A stretch of 64,000 nt of DNA from NCBI RefSeq assembly GCF_009914755.1, contig NC_060929.1. One strand, given 5' to 3'. Origin of the DNA: the human T2T-CHM13v2.0 reference genome, Homo sapiens. This document shows positions 41,646-58,700 of the stretch, piece by piece. The notes under the pieces were generated by a model. It worked only from the letters and a program-made list of their open reading frames with translations, did no database searches and was not told the origin of the DNA. The position numbers and the translations under genes were made by a program. Within the stretch, counting starts at the first letter, position 1; every line of letters starts with the position of its first letter.

Positions 41646-44600
41646 TGAGAAGAATTTGGAAAAACAAAAACAAAAAACCTCTCTTCCTGATATGCATGTA
41701 ACTAGATTTAGTAATGAAAAGGTTGTATTAGCTTTGTGTTTCCATCTTAAATATTCTAATCTTGGAAGGGCTATTGGATTTTGAGTTTAGCTTTTTATAT
41801 GTAGGTGATACAATTCTCAGGTGGCTTACTCTAATTCATTATTCACTGTAAGCACCCATATATCTACTCTGCCTTTTCCTGTGGATGACCTGTCTCTGTT
41901 TTATTTAAAGCCTAAGCTCCAAGTGTGTACTATATCCCATTCCTTTTTGTCAAATGAAGAACTTTGTTCCTACAGTTATCATCCTTCTCTCCAGCATTAT
42001 ATTTTCCCTTTCTACCAGAGTATTTCTGATAGCATACAAGCATGCCATGATACTACCCATCCTAAAATAAAACTTAAAAAAAAATTCTGCTTTTCACTTC
42101 ATTCACATAACCCAACCCCAATCACTGCACTGTTTCCACTGGTCCTTTTAGAGGATTCTCCATTTTTATTATCTTTATGTTTCATTTTTTTCTTGTGACT
42201 TCTCTAGTTAGTCTTTCTTTCCTACCATTTAACTTGTCGAGATCACTAGTGACTGCCTTTTTATAGGTCAAGGGGTCATTTTTGAGTCTTATCTTACTGT
42301 CCGCTCAACTGCATTTGATACAGTTGATCTCCTTCCATCCTACTCAAAACTTTTTCTGTGTTTGGCCCCTAAGACAGTATGCTATCCTGGTTCTCCTACC
42401 TCACTGACTGTTCTTGCCCCTCTTTGCTGGCGTATTCTCCTGTTTTCACAGGAGTCAGTCCATGGACCTTTTCTCCATTTATATTATTTCTTTATGTGCT
42501 TTCATGCTGTCACATGTCTTAAGATTGTCTATAAGCTGATGCTCACATTTTGAACTCAAGTCAACTTCTCCCTTGAGTTTTAGATTTGTGTATCCAGTTG
42601 CCTACTTGACATTTCCACTTGAATATTTATTTATTAAACATACCAAATGTAATATGTCTAAGCGCAGTTTTTTTTCTCTGGTTTCCCCTATTGAAGTGAA
42701 TGGCAACAGCATTCATGTAATTGCTAATGCCCTAAACTGCAAGGTCATCTTTTATTCTTCTTACTTAAATCCTATATTTAAAATATGAGCAAATGCTGTT
42801 TGCTGCACCTTCAAAATATGTCTTAATAAATATGTCACCTCTCATCATTTGTGACATCACTACTTTAGTACAGTACATCATCATCATCACTCACCTTAAG
42901 TAGTGTCCTAATTGGTCTTTCTGCGTCTCTTCTTCCCCTTAACCCATTGTGTTTTCCACACAACAGCCAGAATGATTTTTTAAAAACATACTAAATCATG
43001 TCAGTTCCTACTGAAAACACTTTCAAGGCTGTCACACTTAAAGAGATTTCTGTAAGACTCTGTATGACCTATCCTCAGAGTTCTCTGTTCCTTGGACTTG
43101 CCATACTCCTGTTTCCAGGCTTTAACTCTTGCTGTCTACTTATTCTCCCCCAGGATCTTTCCATGGCACATTTTCTCATTCCATTCAGTCCTTGCTCAAA
43201 TATCCGCATCACTAATTGACTCTATATTAGATATTTATTTTGTTTATTGACTGACATGAGCAGAGTCTTCCTCTATTTCATTCATTACTCTATCCTTAGT
43301 GCTTAGAATAGTATATTGTTGTCTGGCACTTGGTAGGTGATGCTCAGTAAATTTTTTTTATAATGAATGGTATAAGCTGAGCTGCTAGCTGAGTGCATTA
43401 GTCATCTATTGCTGCATGACAGATTGCCACAAACTTAGTGGCTTAGCACAATGCATGTTTATTACCTCACAGTTTCTTTGGGTGAGGAGTCCAGTCACAT
43501 TTAGCTGGGTCCTTTGCAAGGCGCTGTAATCAAGGTGTTGGTTAGGGCCAAGGTCTTATCAGAAGCTCAATTAGGGAAGGATCTGCTTCCAAGCCCATGT
43601 GATTGTTGACAGATTTAGTTGCTTTCACATAGCCTTCTTTATAGGTAGTTCACATTCATGACAGCTTCTTCAAAGCCAGTAAGGAAGAGAGGGTCTTCTG
43701 GTAAGAAGGACATTATATTCTTGTGGAATGTAATCATACATACGCTGTCACCTTTGCCATATTCTGTTGGTTAGAAGGAAGTGATAGGTCATACTCATAC
43801 TCAAGCAGGGAGAATTACCCAATGGTTTGAATACCTGGAGGTGGGAATCACAGTGGTTACCTTAGAGTCTATCTGGGTTTCACGTGGAGATGTGTGGTAA
43901 AAAGACTGAAAATAACATTGGATGTGGAGACTAGTAGAAAGGATAGCAGATAGCAGTGATTATGCTGTCTGTGAAAGTTCAACTTAAGAGCTTTAGAGTG
44001 TCTTTAGACAGTTGGTATGATATGATTCTCAGTTTCTTACTGAGTCCAAGGAAAGCTGATAGCTGAAGGAACTGATGAAGAAAGGAAGATAAAAGGATTT
44101 AATAGAGAAGTATAGGCTGAAAAACTCCCAAGCTTGCTATTTGCTAGGAGGGAGTCTAGGAATTTTATGTATTCCCCTATAGCCAAAGTGTGACTAGTAG
44201 TCAGCCAGCCAATAGAAATGTCTTATTTTTTGTATACATTTTTCTCAGCTATGATTCATTCTATAGAAAAGACTGGGGCATAGCTCTGATACTTTTAAAT
44301 AACGGAAAATTTCATGTCTTACTAGTTCAACTATTGGAAAGAGACTATAGAGACCTCATGTTTCGCCCTGAGCCCAAACTCTTGGGGGAAGGGGCAGATT
44401 ACCCAGCTAGATTAGCTTGCTGACCCCCCATGATTAAGCAGCTATGACGCAGAATGGATCACTTCATATTACCAGTATTAATAAAGTAGTAGAAGGTGGT
44501 GGTAGTGATAGTAGTAACAGTGATAGCAATTAATATTTATTGAGCACTGATGGAATAGTGATTCCTTCATGGGGTTAGAAAAGGGTACTGACATTTTACA

Positions 44601-45334
44601 ACCCTTTCAGTTTACTTATGGGTTTATAGATAAGGAAACAAAGACTTAAAAGGGAAGTAACTTAGGCACGCTCACACAGTTAGAATATAGTGGAGTAAGT
44701 TTTGCAAAAAGATAAAAAGATGGAGGATAGTTAGAAAGAGATAATGAACATAAGAAAAATAGAGGGCCAACCTAGGTGGTCCTAGGTGTTTAGTTGAATA
44801 CAGTGCACCCTAAGCTTTTTGGCACCAGGGTCTAGTTTCATGGAAGACAGTCTTTCCATAGAATTGGTTGGGGGATGGTTTTGGGATTATTCAAGCACAT
44901 TATATTTATTGTGCACTTTATTTCTATTATTACATTGTAATATGTAATGAAATAATTATACATTTCACCATAATGTCAAATTAGTGGGAGCCCTGAGCTT
45001 GTTTACCTGCAGCTAGGTTGTCTCATCCAGGCATGATGGGAGACAGTGACAGATCATCAGGCATTAGATTCTCATAAGGAGCGCACAACCTAGATCCCTC
45101 ATATGTGCAGTTGGCGATAGGATTTGCTTTCCTATGAGAATCTCATGCTGCTACTGATCTGACAGGAGGCGGAGTTCAGGCGGTAGTGAGAGCAATGGGG
45201 AGTGGCTGGAAATACAGATGAAGCTTCGCTCACTCTCTCTCACCATCACCTCCTGCTGTATGGCCTGGTTCATAAGAGAGCATGAACTGGGGGGGTTAGG
45301 GACCCCTGATCTAATAGACAGTATTGTCTATTGA

Positions 45335-45525
45335 TTAAGACTGTGGGTTCTGGAGCCAGGCTTTCTGGATTTGAATCCTGGTTTTACCAAATACTACCTC
45401 AAGCCTTAACCTTTCTGAGATTTAGTTTCCTCATTGTAAAATGGTAATAATACTACCTACCTAATAGGTTGTTATGAGCATTAGATGAGTTGGTGCCTTA
45501 AAAAGTACTTGTTAAAACATTAAGT
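45335..45525 (+). mobile_element. MIR SINE
   Basis: ctgtgggttctggagccaggctttctggatttgaatcctggttttaccaaatactacctcaagccttaacctttctgagatttagtttcctcattgtaaaatggtaataatactacctacctaataggttgttatgagcattagatgag. Confidence 0.8.
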
Positions 45526-46083
45526 GGCCTGGAATCAGTTTCAAATTAAATATCAATTCTAATAGAATAATATATTCTGGAAATAGAGCATTGAGGAAGA
45601 TGGCAGAGAGAAAATTTTCCAAGAAATAATATCAAACACTTCCCCAAACTGAAAATTGAAAGGGCTCAGTGACCAAGTAATCAGAACAAAGGATAAAAAA
45701 AGCCCCACATGAAATTTTTGTATATCATAGATTAAAAAAAAGATTCTGAAAACTTTCCAGAAAAGAAAGACAGGAAACATATAAAGGACTAGAAATCAGA
45801 ATACTGGATTTCTCAATGCAGTTCTGGATTCTAGAAGAAAGTAAAGTAGTGCTGTCAAAATTCAGAAGGAAATGTTATCTGCCTGCCGACAAGCAAAAAA
45901 AATAAATTTTTATACATGCAGGAAGTCAAGAAAATTCAACTTTTTACTTTCTCTTAGGACACTAATAGAGGATGAGGTCCAGGAAATGTGATCCAGCAGT
46001 AGAGAAGGGAAGTCCAAGGACTTCAGACTTGTAGGAGACTTGAGCAGTAACCAATATAGGTTGGAACCAAAAGTTGGAAGATC

Positions 46084-46413
<330 letters not shown>

Positions 46414-48295
46414 TTATTTGATTATTTGTTGTATCCAAGAAATAGTAATGATAGGCGTTTAACAGATCTGTTGGAATTCTGGAAATATTAGTGGAATGTA
46501 CTTAAAATTAAACAAATGAAGAAACAAGGCAATGGTTAACTTTAGTAAAAACATTGTTCAAGAAAAAGTAGACTCATAGTACACTTGATTCAGCAATGAA
46601 TTACATGTATGTATATATGAATACTGGATATTGATTTAAGCAAAATGTTATATTTAACTCTATTTTGGGGATGGGAGTGGGATAGAATAATAAAAGAATG
46701 CTGCCTCATTTGCCCTAAGAGCAAGTCTACAAATAATATCTTGACTAATAATAGCAATATAAGCATATTATTTAGCAGTACACAAAGTAAATGTTATAAG
46801 AGATGGCTAAGAGTTTAAATTTGTTTTCTATAGAAACAGTATATGGGAGGGGGCTAGGAATTGCAGTTTTTGTTATAATCTCTAATAGCATGTCTTTTTT
46901 TAAACTGTCCACATATTAACATTATTTTGGATGATATAAAATAATTTTTTAAAAATCGTGCATAGATAATGTACAAGTGAAAGAGAAGCCAGTGATTTTA
47001 GCATACCTCTAAAGAAAAAAAAAAGCAAATTCTTACTGAACTGAATTCCTGAGTAGTTATTTCACTAAGTCTCTCAGATTGCTAGCCTGCTAAATGTAGA
47101 AATTCTTGCTGCCTAATGCCCTTCTCTCCAATGGCAGCTGCCTCTTGTTCTGCGAGGGGAATAGCAGTTGTTAACACACAGTAGAACAAAACGATTGTAG
47201 TCAGATGTTAACCACATATTTAGTATACTAATGCAGTAGAATGAAATGAAACAATAGACAAAAATAGCACAAATACTGACTTAACAGAAACACTGGATTG
47301 TTGTGTACATCCCTACTTCAGGGAGGTGAAGTGTGACTTAGGTAGCTTAAAAACAAACTCATTTTGTTGATGCTGAATGATATCAGAATTAAGTTGAGAT
47401 TTTTCTAAGTGAAACTACATTGACAGATACAGGACAATTGTTAATGAGATGAGTTGTAAATGTTTGAAGAATCAGGTTTGTTTCAGTTTCCTGCATGGAA
47501 AGGTAATCAGATATTTGAATGTGATTGGTCACTTGGGTCTTTAGAGAAAGCGAATATTTGAATAAAGTTTATCTCTTAAAAATGTATCTGTTAAAAATGT
47601 TTAGACTTTGTTGTGTATATTTTCATTATGGTCATATTTAGAAGACTGATTTTGATTGGAAGGCTTTTACCTAGAGAATATTACCATATTCAATATGGAA
47701 AACCGTACTGAACAACGTAAAACATGAGATCTTTCAAACTAAGAAAGATCAAAGTGTTCATAATTGGAAATGTGGAAGTTTTTAGGGCATTCACATAACA
47801 GATTCCAACTTCACTCTGTAGTCTTAACTCCTTGTTCAGTGCGTAGGCCAACTGATTTTCTCATCTCCTCTGCCACCCTCCCCTTCTACCTCTTCCCAGC
47901 CCTAGTACTCCCATGTGAAATCCTCCTGTATCTTTAAGGTTCAGTCAGGTATGTTTTTTTCTTACAGTATTTTGTTTGATTCTCTGCTAGCTGGGAGCGC
48001 TCACCTCTGTTTAACTCCTATTGTGTTAAATTCTCTGTTTTATGGTTGTTTTTTAATATCCTTTATCTCATAGAACAGGAGTGGTATCTTTCTCTGGATT
48101 TTCTGTCTTCCAGGGTACCTTATGCAGGCTAAATGCTTACAGAGTTTTGGATTCAGTTTTTATGTAAATAGAGATTCAGGGCTCTATAAAACAGCCCTTT
48201 CTAAAAGTAAATTGTTTTAATAGGTTTACAGTCTTACATGAATCCTTTCTACCAACCCCTTAGTGTGGATGGGGCATTTGTTTAGTCATTCCTGA

Positions 48296-48592
<297 letters not shown>

Positions 48593-50717
48593 TGATACCA
48601 AAAAAAAAAAAATTCCTAAGAATCACAGTTGTTCTTACTGTGGGCCCTCTGGGTGAACTGTTACATGCCAAGGTATAATAGCTGTTTCTGACTCTTTATT
48701 CTTTAGGTAATTGTTTGATTTCCAGAAGAGTTTAGATTTTATTTTGCCAATTACCGTATGTTTAAAAAATGGAAGTAGCCCTATTTGACTTAAATATTTT
48801 CTTCTATTTTATGACACTCAGTACCATTTATTGTCTTTTATATAACTGATACTGTGATGAAAGCTATGGCATTCAATTTAATCTTCAGAATGACTATGTG
48901 AGATAGATATTCCTGTTTTACAGATGGAAAAAGAAATTCTAAAGTAAATTTTAAACTTTTAAGTACCTTACCTAGGGTAGGGCTAAGAACTAGAGGTTCA
49001 GACCCAGGTTTGTCTAACTCTAAAGTCTGTGATCTTTCACCTTTACTGTGTGGCTTTTCAAATTATTTAAGACTTTAGAAGTTAAAATGAATCCTGGTTA
49101 TCTTTAGTTAGATAACTGATGAACTGATTTCACTGGAGAAAGATAAGTAGATTTTGTAAAGTTCTAAATTTTGTTAATGGCATGTCATATATGGACATGT
49201 CAGTATGTCACTGTCAAGAAATATTTGAACACCTGCTGTTGTCAGGCAGAGTCATATATAAGTACAGTAAGTCCTCACTTGATGTCATTGATAACGTCTT
49301 GGAAACTGACTTTAACTGAAACAGCATATTACAAAGCCAGTTTTATCATAGGCTAGTTGATATAAACAAGAGTTAAGTTCTTGTGGTATATTTCTGGTCA
49401 CAAAAATATCACTAAATTTATAAATAAAGACCCAAGACTCTTCTAATATTAAACATTGAAATAAATGTGAGCTGTGCATATCTTTAAGAAAGATCAATAA
49501 AAACAAGACTGTTATTTACTTAATTATTCTAATTCATGGTCATGGGTAGCCAGAGCACATTCCAGCAACTCAGGGCACAAGGTGGAAACCAATCCTGAAT
49601 GGGACGTGATTAAATCACAGAGTGCACTCACACACACCCCGGCACTCACACTGGGACTGTTTAGACATGCATGCCAGTTCATCTGATGTGCACATCTTTG
49701 GGATGTGAGAGGAAACTCGGGTAACCAGAGAAAACTCAAACAAACATGGGGAGAATGTTCAGACTCACACAGACGTGGCCCTGGCTGGGAATGGATTTTT
49801 TTTCTCATCAGCATCATAACAAAATGATGCTGAACAAAACACCATTGAACAAAACATTATTCAAGGACCTACAGTATATTCTTTGTGATTTCTCTACTGC
49901 AGCAAAATATCAATTGGTATAGTTTTTTCTTTTGAAGAGAAATTAAGTGCCAGCTGTTTAACTTGCTATTAGGAATTTGCTCAAAAACAAATTTTCATAG
50001 TTTGTCTTAGATTCAGTGCTAATTGTAGTTCTGTCTCAAAATACATCCTGTACAAAACATTGGGATGAAAGACAAATTCGGTTCTTATTTATAATTACTG
50101 AGACAAAAAAGTATAGCTGTAGCTTTTGCAAAATTTTCAACTATGAGTGTTGAAACTCAAAGATTTTCTAGTTAACATTTAGTTTCCTAAGTGAATTACC
50201 TAACCATTTAATAGGACACAACAGCCATATTTGGATGTTGCACAAGCGTTAGACAATTGCTGTTAGTGTTGATGGCAAATTTTGAAGGGACATAGTTTTA
50301 CTTTCCAGTTTTAAATGACAGTATACAGTATGTGCTGATCTTAATAATTTAAAAGTGTCTCTGTAGTAGATATATACCCAAATGAGGAAAATCTGTACTT
50401 CAGATTGATATGTAATAGCTGTAGTTTCTCTGAACACATAAAAATAAAGGCAAAATTCTTGACCTTGAATTCTGTTTCAGTGAATTTTAGGACTGATCCT
50501 TGTATCCTGGATTACCAGGGATCTGGGCTAAATAAATGTGGATTTGTAGTAGGTTTTCAATTGCCATTAGGTGTGCTGTCTGTTCTCCTTTTCCCTTGCC
50601 CTAGGATAGTATCCTACATTTTTTTGTGTGTGATGTTCAGTAATGAAGCTTGCTGGTAATCTTAAGAATTTTCTAAAGCTTTTAGAGTAATAATTTTGAG
50701 CAGAATGAAGATTTTAA

Positions 50718-52570
<1,853 letters not shown>

Positions 52571-52630
52571 TTTCCCCCTATTTTTTTGTTGTTTTGTTTT
52601 ATTTTTAATTTTTAAATTATTTATTTATTT

Positions 52631-52840
52631 TAGAGACAGAGTCTTGCTCTGTCATGTCCAGACTGGAGTGCAGTGGCGTGATCATAGCTCACTGGAGCCT
52701 CAGACTCCTGGGCTGAAGTGCTCCTCCACCTTAGCATCCTGAGTAGCTGGGACTACAGGCATGCATCACCATGCTTGGCCAATTTTTTTGTTGTTGTTGA
52801 GATGGAGTCTTACAGTGTTGCCCAGGCTGGCCCTGTTTTT
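52631..52840 (-). mobile_element. Alu fragments (partial right arm plus a ~45-bp remnant, minus orientation)
   Basis: gagtcttgctctgtcatgtccagactggagtgcagtggcgtgatcatagctcactggagcctcagactcctgggctgaagtgctcctccaccttagcatcctgagtagctgggactacaggcatgcatcaccatgcttggccaatttttt, then gagatggagtcttacagtgttgcccaggctggccctg. Confidence 0.85.
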
Positions 52841-52844
52841 TTTT

Positions 52845-53129
52845 GTTTGTTTGTTTGTTTTTTTATGGCAAACTATATATAACATAAATTTTACCATCTT
52901 AACTATTTTTAAGTGTACAGTTCAGTGGCATTAAATCCATTTATAATGTTGTGTGACCATCACCACCATCCATTTCTATAGCTCTTTTCACCTTGTAGTA
53001 TTGAAACTATACCTGTTAAATAAAAATTTCCTATTCTCCTTTTCCCCCAGCCCTTGGCAACCACCACTCTGCTTTCTAATCTCTATGATTTTGACCACTC
53101 TAAGTACTTCATATAAATGGAATCATACA

Positions 53130-53168
<39 letters not shown>

Positions 53169-53630
53169 TGACTGGCTTATTTTTCCTCAGGGCACATCCA
53201 TATTGTAGCAATGTCAGAATTTCATTTCTTTTTAAGGTTGAGTAATATTCCGTTGTATGTATATACCAAATTTTGTTTATCTATTCATCCATTGATAGAC
53301 ACTTGGATTGCTTTCACTTTTTTGGCTATTGTGAATAATACTACTGTGGACATGGGCGTACACATATCTCTTCGAGATCCTGCTTTCATTTCTTTTGAGT
53401 ATATACCAGAAGTACAATTACTGGATTACATGGTAATTATATTTATACTTTTTTGAGGAACAGCCATACTGTTTTCCACAGTGGATGTACCATTTTATAT
53501 TCTCAGCAACAGTGCACACGGATTCCATATTCTTCACATCCTCACCAGCACTTGTTTTCTATTTTTTAGATATTGACCATTTTAATGGGTATGAAGAGAT
53601 ATCTCACTGTGGGTTGTTCTGTATTTTTTT
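52845..53630 (-). mobile_element. Second L1 3' end (minus orientation). The (TTTG)n/T-rich complement of its tail is at 52830-52870, and it contains an internal T35 run
   Basis: Antisense L1 3'-end text: aaattttaccatcttaactatttttaagtgtacagttcagtggcattaaatccatttataatgttgtgtgaccatcaccaccatccatttctatagctcttttcaccttgtag...ttggctattgtgaataatactactgtggacatgggcgtacacatatctcttcgagatcctgctttcatttcttttgagtatataccagaagtacaattactggattacatggtaa...tttccacagtggatgtaccattttatattctcagcaacagtgcacacgg. Confidence 0.8.
53133..53167. repeat. T35 homopolymer
   Basis: An uninterrupted run of 35 T inside the L1 fragment. Confidence 0.95.
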
Positions 53631-54192
53631 TATCTTTTTTTTTTTTTGGATAATTGACAAATGAAAAATTGTATATCTTTATGGTGTCATTGTGGCTTTA
53701 ATGCCACTTTGGTTTGAGACCTTAACCTCCTTAGTTTGTCCCAAGTTTAGAAATATGTACTGCTATTTTATACGTTTCTTAAAACAATGTGTTTTTATGT
53801 GTTTTCTATGTTTGTGATAATACTGAATGTGTGTTATATTGAGTGCTCTGTATTCCTAAGAGCAGTTAAATTTCCAGACCCCTAATAGTTTTGTTAATGT
53901 TTCTATAATGTCTAGAATTTATCAAGAAATCTCATTATATTAATTTGCCTATAATTTAAAATCTACCTTCATTTACCATAAAAATGGAACATGAATTTCT
54001 GGATTTGAATTCCTGTTTCTCTACTTATTTGCTTTGCAATGTAGGTAGTTTTTAAATCTCTAAGCCTGAGATTCCCCATTTACAAAATAGGGATGATATG
54101 CTGGAATTATTAATATGTTGATTAAATTAGACAATACATGTAATGATTTTAGCACACAACATTAGGCCGTACACAATAAATAGTATTATTTT

Positions 54193-54270
54193 TCTCCTTT
54201 TAAAAATATGGACTGTATTTACTCCACTTTATTCTCCTTTTGAAAATATGGACTGTATTTACTCCACTTA
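54193..54270. repeat. Tandem duplication of a ~38-bp unit (2 copies)
   Basis: ttctccttttaaaaatatggactgtatttactccactt ta ttctccttttgaaaatatggactgtatttactccactt. Confidence 0.9.
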
Positions 54271-54822
54271 ACCTCCTTTTCTTTTCTCCTGATTTTCCAG
54301 AGATCATAGTGCCATTTAATAGTGTTATATGTTAGATGTCCATTGGAATGTAATTTGTCTCAACCAAACAACTGAGCCCCTTTAGAGGAACTTGATACTC
54401 ACATTTTCTCACCTTTGTAGATACCTTTTTCACTAGAATTTCTTCTCATTTCAGTCAGATTATGTGTATTTTCTCCTTTCTTTTTGCCAAAAAAGTGACA
54501 AAAAGAAAATCAAAGTTAAACGGCAGTGCCTGGAACCACCTGTTAGCAACAATACGTCTTCTGCCTTGAGCAGAGGCAGTGCTTTTCTGGTTCCTCTTTT
54601 CCTTTTAACCAAAATTGCCTTTTTAGTTTCGCCTAGCATTTTTTTTTTTCTATAACCTTCTGCTCGTTCTTAGCTCTAATCTTCCTGATGTTACTCTTAT
54701 AACTTCATGCAACTCATTTGTACCTGTCTTTAGGAATGGGCCTCTACATGTATAAACTTTGTATAAACTTTAAAATCTGAGCTCTTAAGACTTCTTTGGG
54801 CTTACAGTGGTTTATTTTCCTC

Positions 54823-54935
54823 TCTTCCTTCTCATCTGCATTCTTTGCCATTGAATACTCAGAATTGATTTATTTTCCTCTCTTTCTTCTCATCTGAATT
54901 CTTTGCCATATAAAACTCAGAATTGAGTTTTAAAA
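54823..54935. repeat. Tandem duplication of a ~55-bp unit (2 copies, ~85 percent identity)
   Basis: ttttcctctcttccttctcatctgcattctttgccattgaatactcagaattga / ttttcctctctttcttctcatctgaattctttgccatataaaactcagaattga. Confidence 0.85.
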
Positions 54936-54963
54936 GTTAAACTATTCTATTAAAAAAATAGTT

Positions 54964-55277
<314 letters not shown>

Positions 55278-55303
55278 TTAAATTGCCTACATAGACCATG
55301 TGA

Positions 55304-55624
<321 letters not shown>

Positions 55625-56339
55625 TGAAAGAGAATTGAGGGTCTGTGATTTCTTTGCTTGATTTCAGCTCCAGGAAGGGTGCTGGGATGTAGAGCTTCCA
55701 TGTATCTCTTCTACCCTTTGTGTCTATTATGAGTTACTGACTTTTATATTAATGAGTTTGGCCAGTATTTTATATTGTGTATAAACCTTTTTCTGTAGGC
55801 AGTTCTGGCATGTAAAATTTAAACATATACCTCTATTTACCCAAAGATAATGTTCATTTAGTTGTTTTGTTTTTTTGTTTTTCTTTATAAATAGACTGCA
55901 TTTTTTAGTTCAGTTTTTGGTTCACAGCAAAATTAAGTGGAAGGTACAGAAAGTTCTCACATACTCTCTTCTCCCACACAGGCACAGCCTCCTCCATTAT
56001 CAGCATCTCTCACCAGAGTGGGACATTTGTTATAGTCAGTGAGCTTCCATTGACACATGATTATTATCCAGTGGGGTTCATTCTTGGTTTTGTACATTCT
56101 GTGGGTTTTTAACACATGTATCCACCCTTATGATATGATACAGAATCATTTTTTACCTCTTAAAAATTCTCTGTGCTCTGCCTGTTCACCTCTTCTTCCC
56201 CACAACCCCTTGCAACCACTGATCTTTTTACTGTCTCTATAGTTTTGCCTTTTGCAAAATGTCATAGTTAGAATCATACAGTATGTAGCTTTTTCAGACT
56301 GGCTTCTTTCACTTAGTAATATGCATTTAAGTTTCTCCA

Positions 56340-58700
56340 TGTCTTTTTATGGCTTGATAGCTCATTTCTTTTTAGCATCTCTATTAGGGTTCTCTAGAGG
56401 GACAGAACTAATAGGATATATGTAATATATATGAAAGGGAGTTTATTAAGGAGAATTGACTCATGTGATCACAAGGTAAAGTCCCACGATAGGCCATCTG
56501 CAAGTTGAGGAACAAGGAAGCCAGGGGTGGATCAGTCCAAGCCCAAAACCTCAAAAGTAGGGAACCTGACAGTGCAGCCTTCAGTCTGTGGCCAAAGGCT
56601 CAAGAGCCCCTGGCAAACCACTAGTCTAAGTCCAAGAGTCCAGAAGCTGAAGAATTTGAGTCTGATGTTTGAGGACAGGAAGCATCCAGCACAGGAGAAA
56701 GATGAAGGCCGGAAGACTCAGCAAGTCTGCTCTTCCATCTTCTGCCTGCCTGCTTTATCCTAGCCACGCTGGCAGCTGATTAGATGGTGCCTACCCAGAT
56801 TGAGGGTGGGCCTGCCTCTCCCAGTCCACTGACTCAAATGTTAATCTCCTTTGGCGACACACCCACAGACACACCCAAGAAACAATACTTTGCATCCTTC
56901 AATCCAATTAGTTTGACACTCAATACTAACCATCACAGCACCAAATACTATTTCATTGTCTTGGTTGTACCACAGTTTGTTTATCTGTTCACCTGCTGAA
57001 GAACCTTTTGGTTGCTTCTAAGTTTGAGCAATTATGAGTAAAGCTGGTATAAACATTCATGTGCAGATTTTTTATGTGGATATAGTTTTCATCTCATTTG
57101 AATAAGAAGCATGATTGCCAAATTTTATGGTAGGAGTATGTTTAGGTTTGTAAGAAACGGCCAAAGTGCCTTCTAAAATGGCTGTATCATTTTGCATTCC
57201 CAACTATGAATGAGAATTCCTGATGCTCCTCATCCTTACCAACATTTGATGTTGTCATTGTTTTGGATTTTGGCCATTCTAATAGGTGTGTAGTAGTATC
57301 TCATAGTTGTTTTAATTTGCAATTCCTTAATGACATAACATGTTGAACATCTTTTCACATGCTTACTTGACCAATCTGTGAGTCTGTGGTGGGCTCCCTA
57401 CTCATATCTTTTGCCATACTTTAATCAGATTGTTTTTGAGTTCTTTGTATATTTTGAATTATAGTCTTTTATCAGATAGAACTTTTTCAGATTTTTTTTT
57501 TCCTAATCTGTGGCTTGTCTCCTCATTCTCTAGACAATGTCTTTCTCAGAGCAAAAGTTTTAAATTTTAATGAAGGCCAGCTTATCAATTATTTCTTCCA
57601 TGAATTGTACCTAAAAAAAGGCATCATCATACCAGAAGTCATCTAGATTTTCTCCTGTATTATTTTCTAGGAGTTTTATAGTTTTGCATTTTACATTTAG
57701 GTCTGTAATCCATCTTGGGTCAATTTTGTGAAGAGTGTAAGGTCTAGTCTAGATTTACTTTTTTGATGTAGCTGTCCAGTTGTTTCCTGTATCATTTTTT
57801 GAAAAGATTTTTTTTTCTTCCATTGTATTGTCTTTGCTCCTTTGTCAAATACCAGTTGACTGTATTTACTTGGGTCTATTTCTAAACTCTATTCTGCTCC
57901 TTTGATCTGTTTGTCTGTTCTTTTATTTTATCATGATCTTGATTACTGTATCTTTATAGTAAGTCTTAAAGTGAAGTAGTGTCAGTCCTCCGACTTCATT
58001 CTTCTCCTTTGATATTGTGTTGGCTATTTTGAGGCTTTTACCTCCCCATATAAAGTACAGAATCATTTTGTCTATATCCAAAAAATAGCTTGCAGGGATT
58101 TTGATTGGCATTATTACTCTATAGATTAAGCTGGGAAACACTGCTATCTTGACGATATTGAGTCTTATTCTTGAATGTGCAGTATTTCTCCATTTATTTA
58201 GTTCTTTGATTTCTTTCATCAGAGTTTTGTAGTCTTCCTCATAGAGCATGTTCCTATTTTTTTATATTTGTGCCTAAGTATTTAATTTTGGGGATACTAA
58301 TGTAAATTATAATTTTTTTATTTTAAATTTCATTTGTTTATTGTTGCTGTATAGGAGAGCAATCAACTTTTGCTTATTAACCTTGTATCCTGCAACCTTG
58401 CTATAATGCTTACTAGTTCCAGGAATTTTTTGGTCAGTTCTTTCTTATTTTTACATAGACAATCATGTAATTTGCAAACAAAGACAATTTCCTCCTTTCC
58501 TATCTGTGTACCTTTTATTTATTTATGGCATTAGCAAGGACTTCCAGTATGATGTTGAAAAGTGGGAGAGGAGGCATCTTTGCTTTGTTTTTGATCTTAG
58601 CAGAAAACCTTCTAGTTTCCTACCATTAAGTATGATGTTAGCTGTAGATGTTCCGTATCAAGCTGAGGAAGTTCCCCTCTATTCCTAATTTGCTGAGTCT
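56340..58700 (-). mobile_element. Old L1 element (3' UTR plus part of ORF2, minus orientation, 5'-truncated) keeping an ORF2 reverse-transcriptase-region remnant
   Basis: Minus-strand ORF 57923-58249 translates to an L1 ORF2-like peptide (YKTLMKEIKELNKWRNTAHSRIRLNIVKIAVFPSLIYR..IPIKIPASYFLDIDKMILYFIWGGKSLKIANTISKEKNEVGGLTLLHFKTYYKDTVIK, compare L1 ORF2 ...KTLMKEIKEDTNKW...IGRINIVKM.ILPK.IYRFNAIPIKIP..FF.E..K.ILKFIW..K.PRIAK.IL..KN.AGGITLPDFKLYYKA.V.K). The + strand reads L1 antisense throughout, including the 3' UTR-like block gggttctctagagggacagaactaataggat...ccagattgagggtgggcctgcctctcccagtccactgactcaaatgttaatctcctttgg at 56370-56880. The low-coordinate boundary is approximate. Confidence 0.75.

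Noticed and set aside
57923-58249. 108-aa minus-strand ORF with clear reverse-transcriptase-like sequence
   Set aside because: It is a fragment of L1 ORF2 inside a 5'-truncated, mutated L1 and is reported as a mobile-element remnant. It has no intact ORF1/ORF2 and is not retrotransposition competent.
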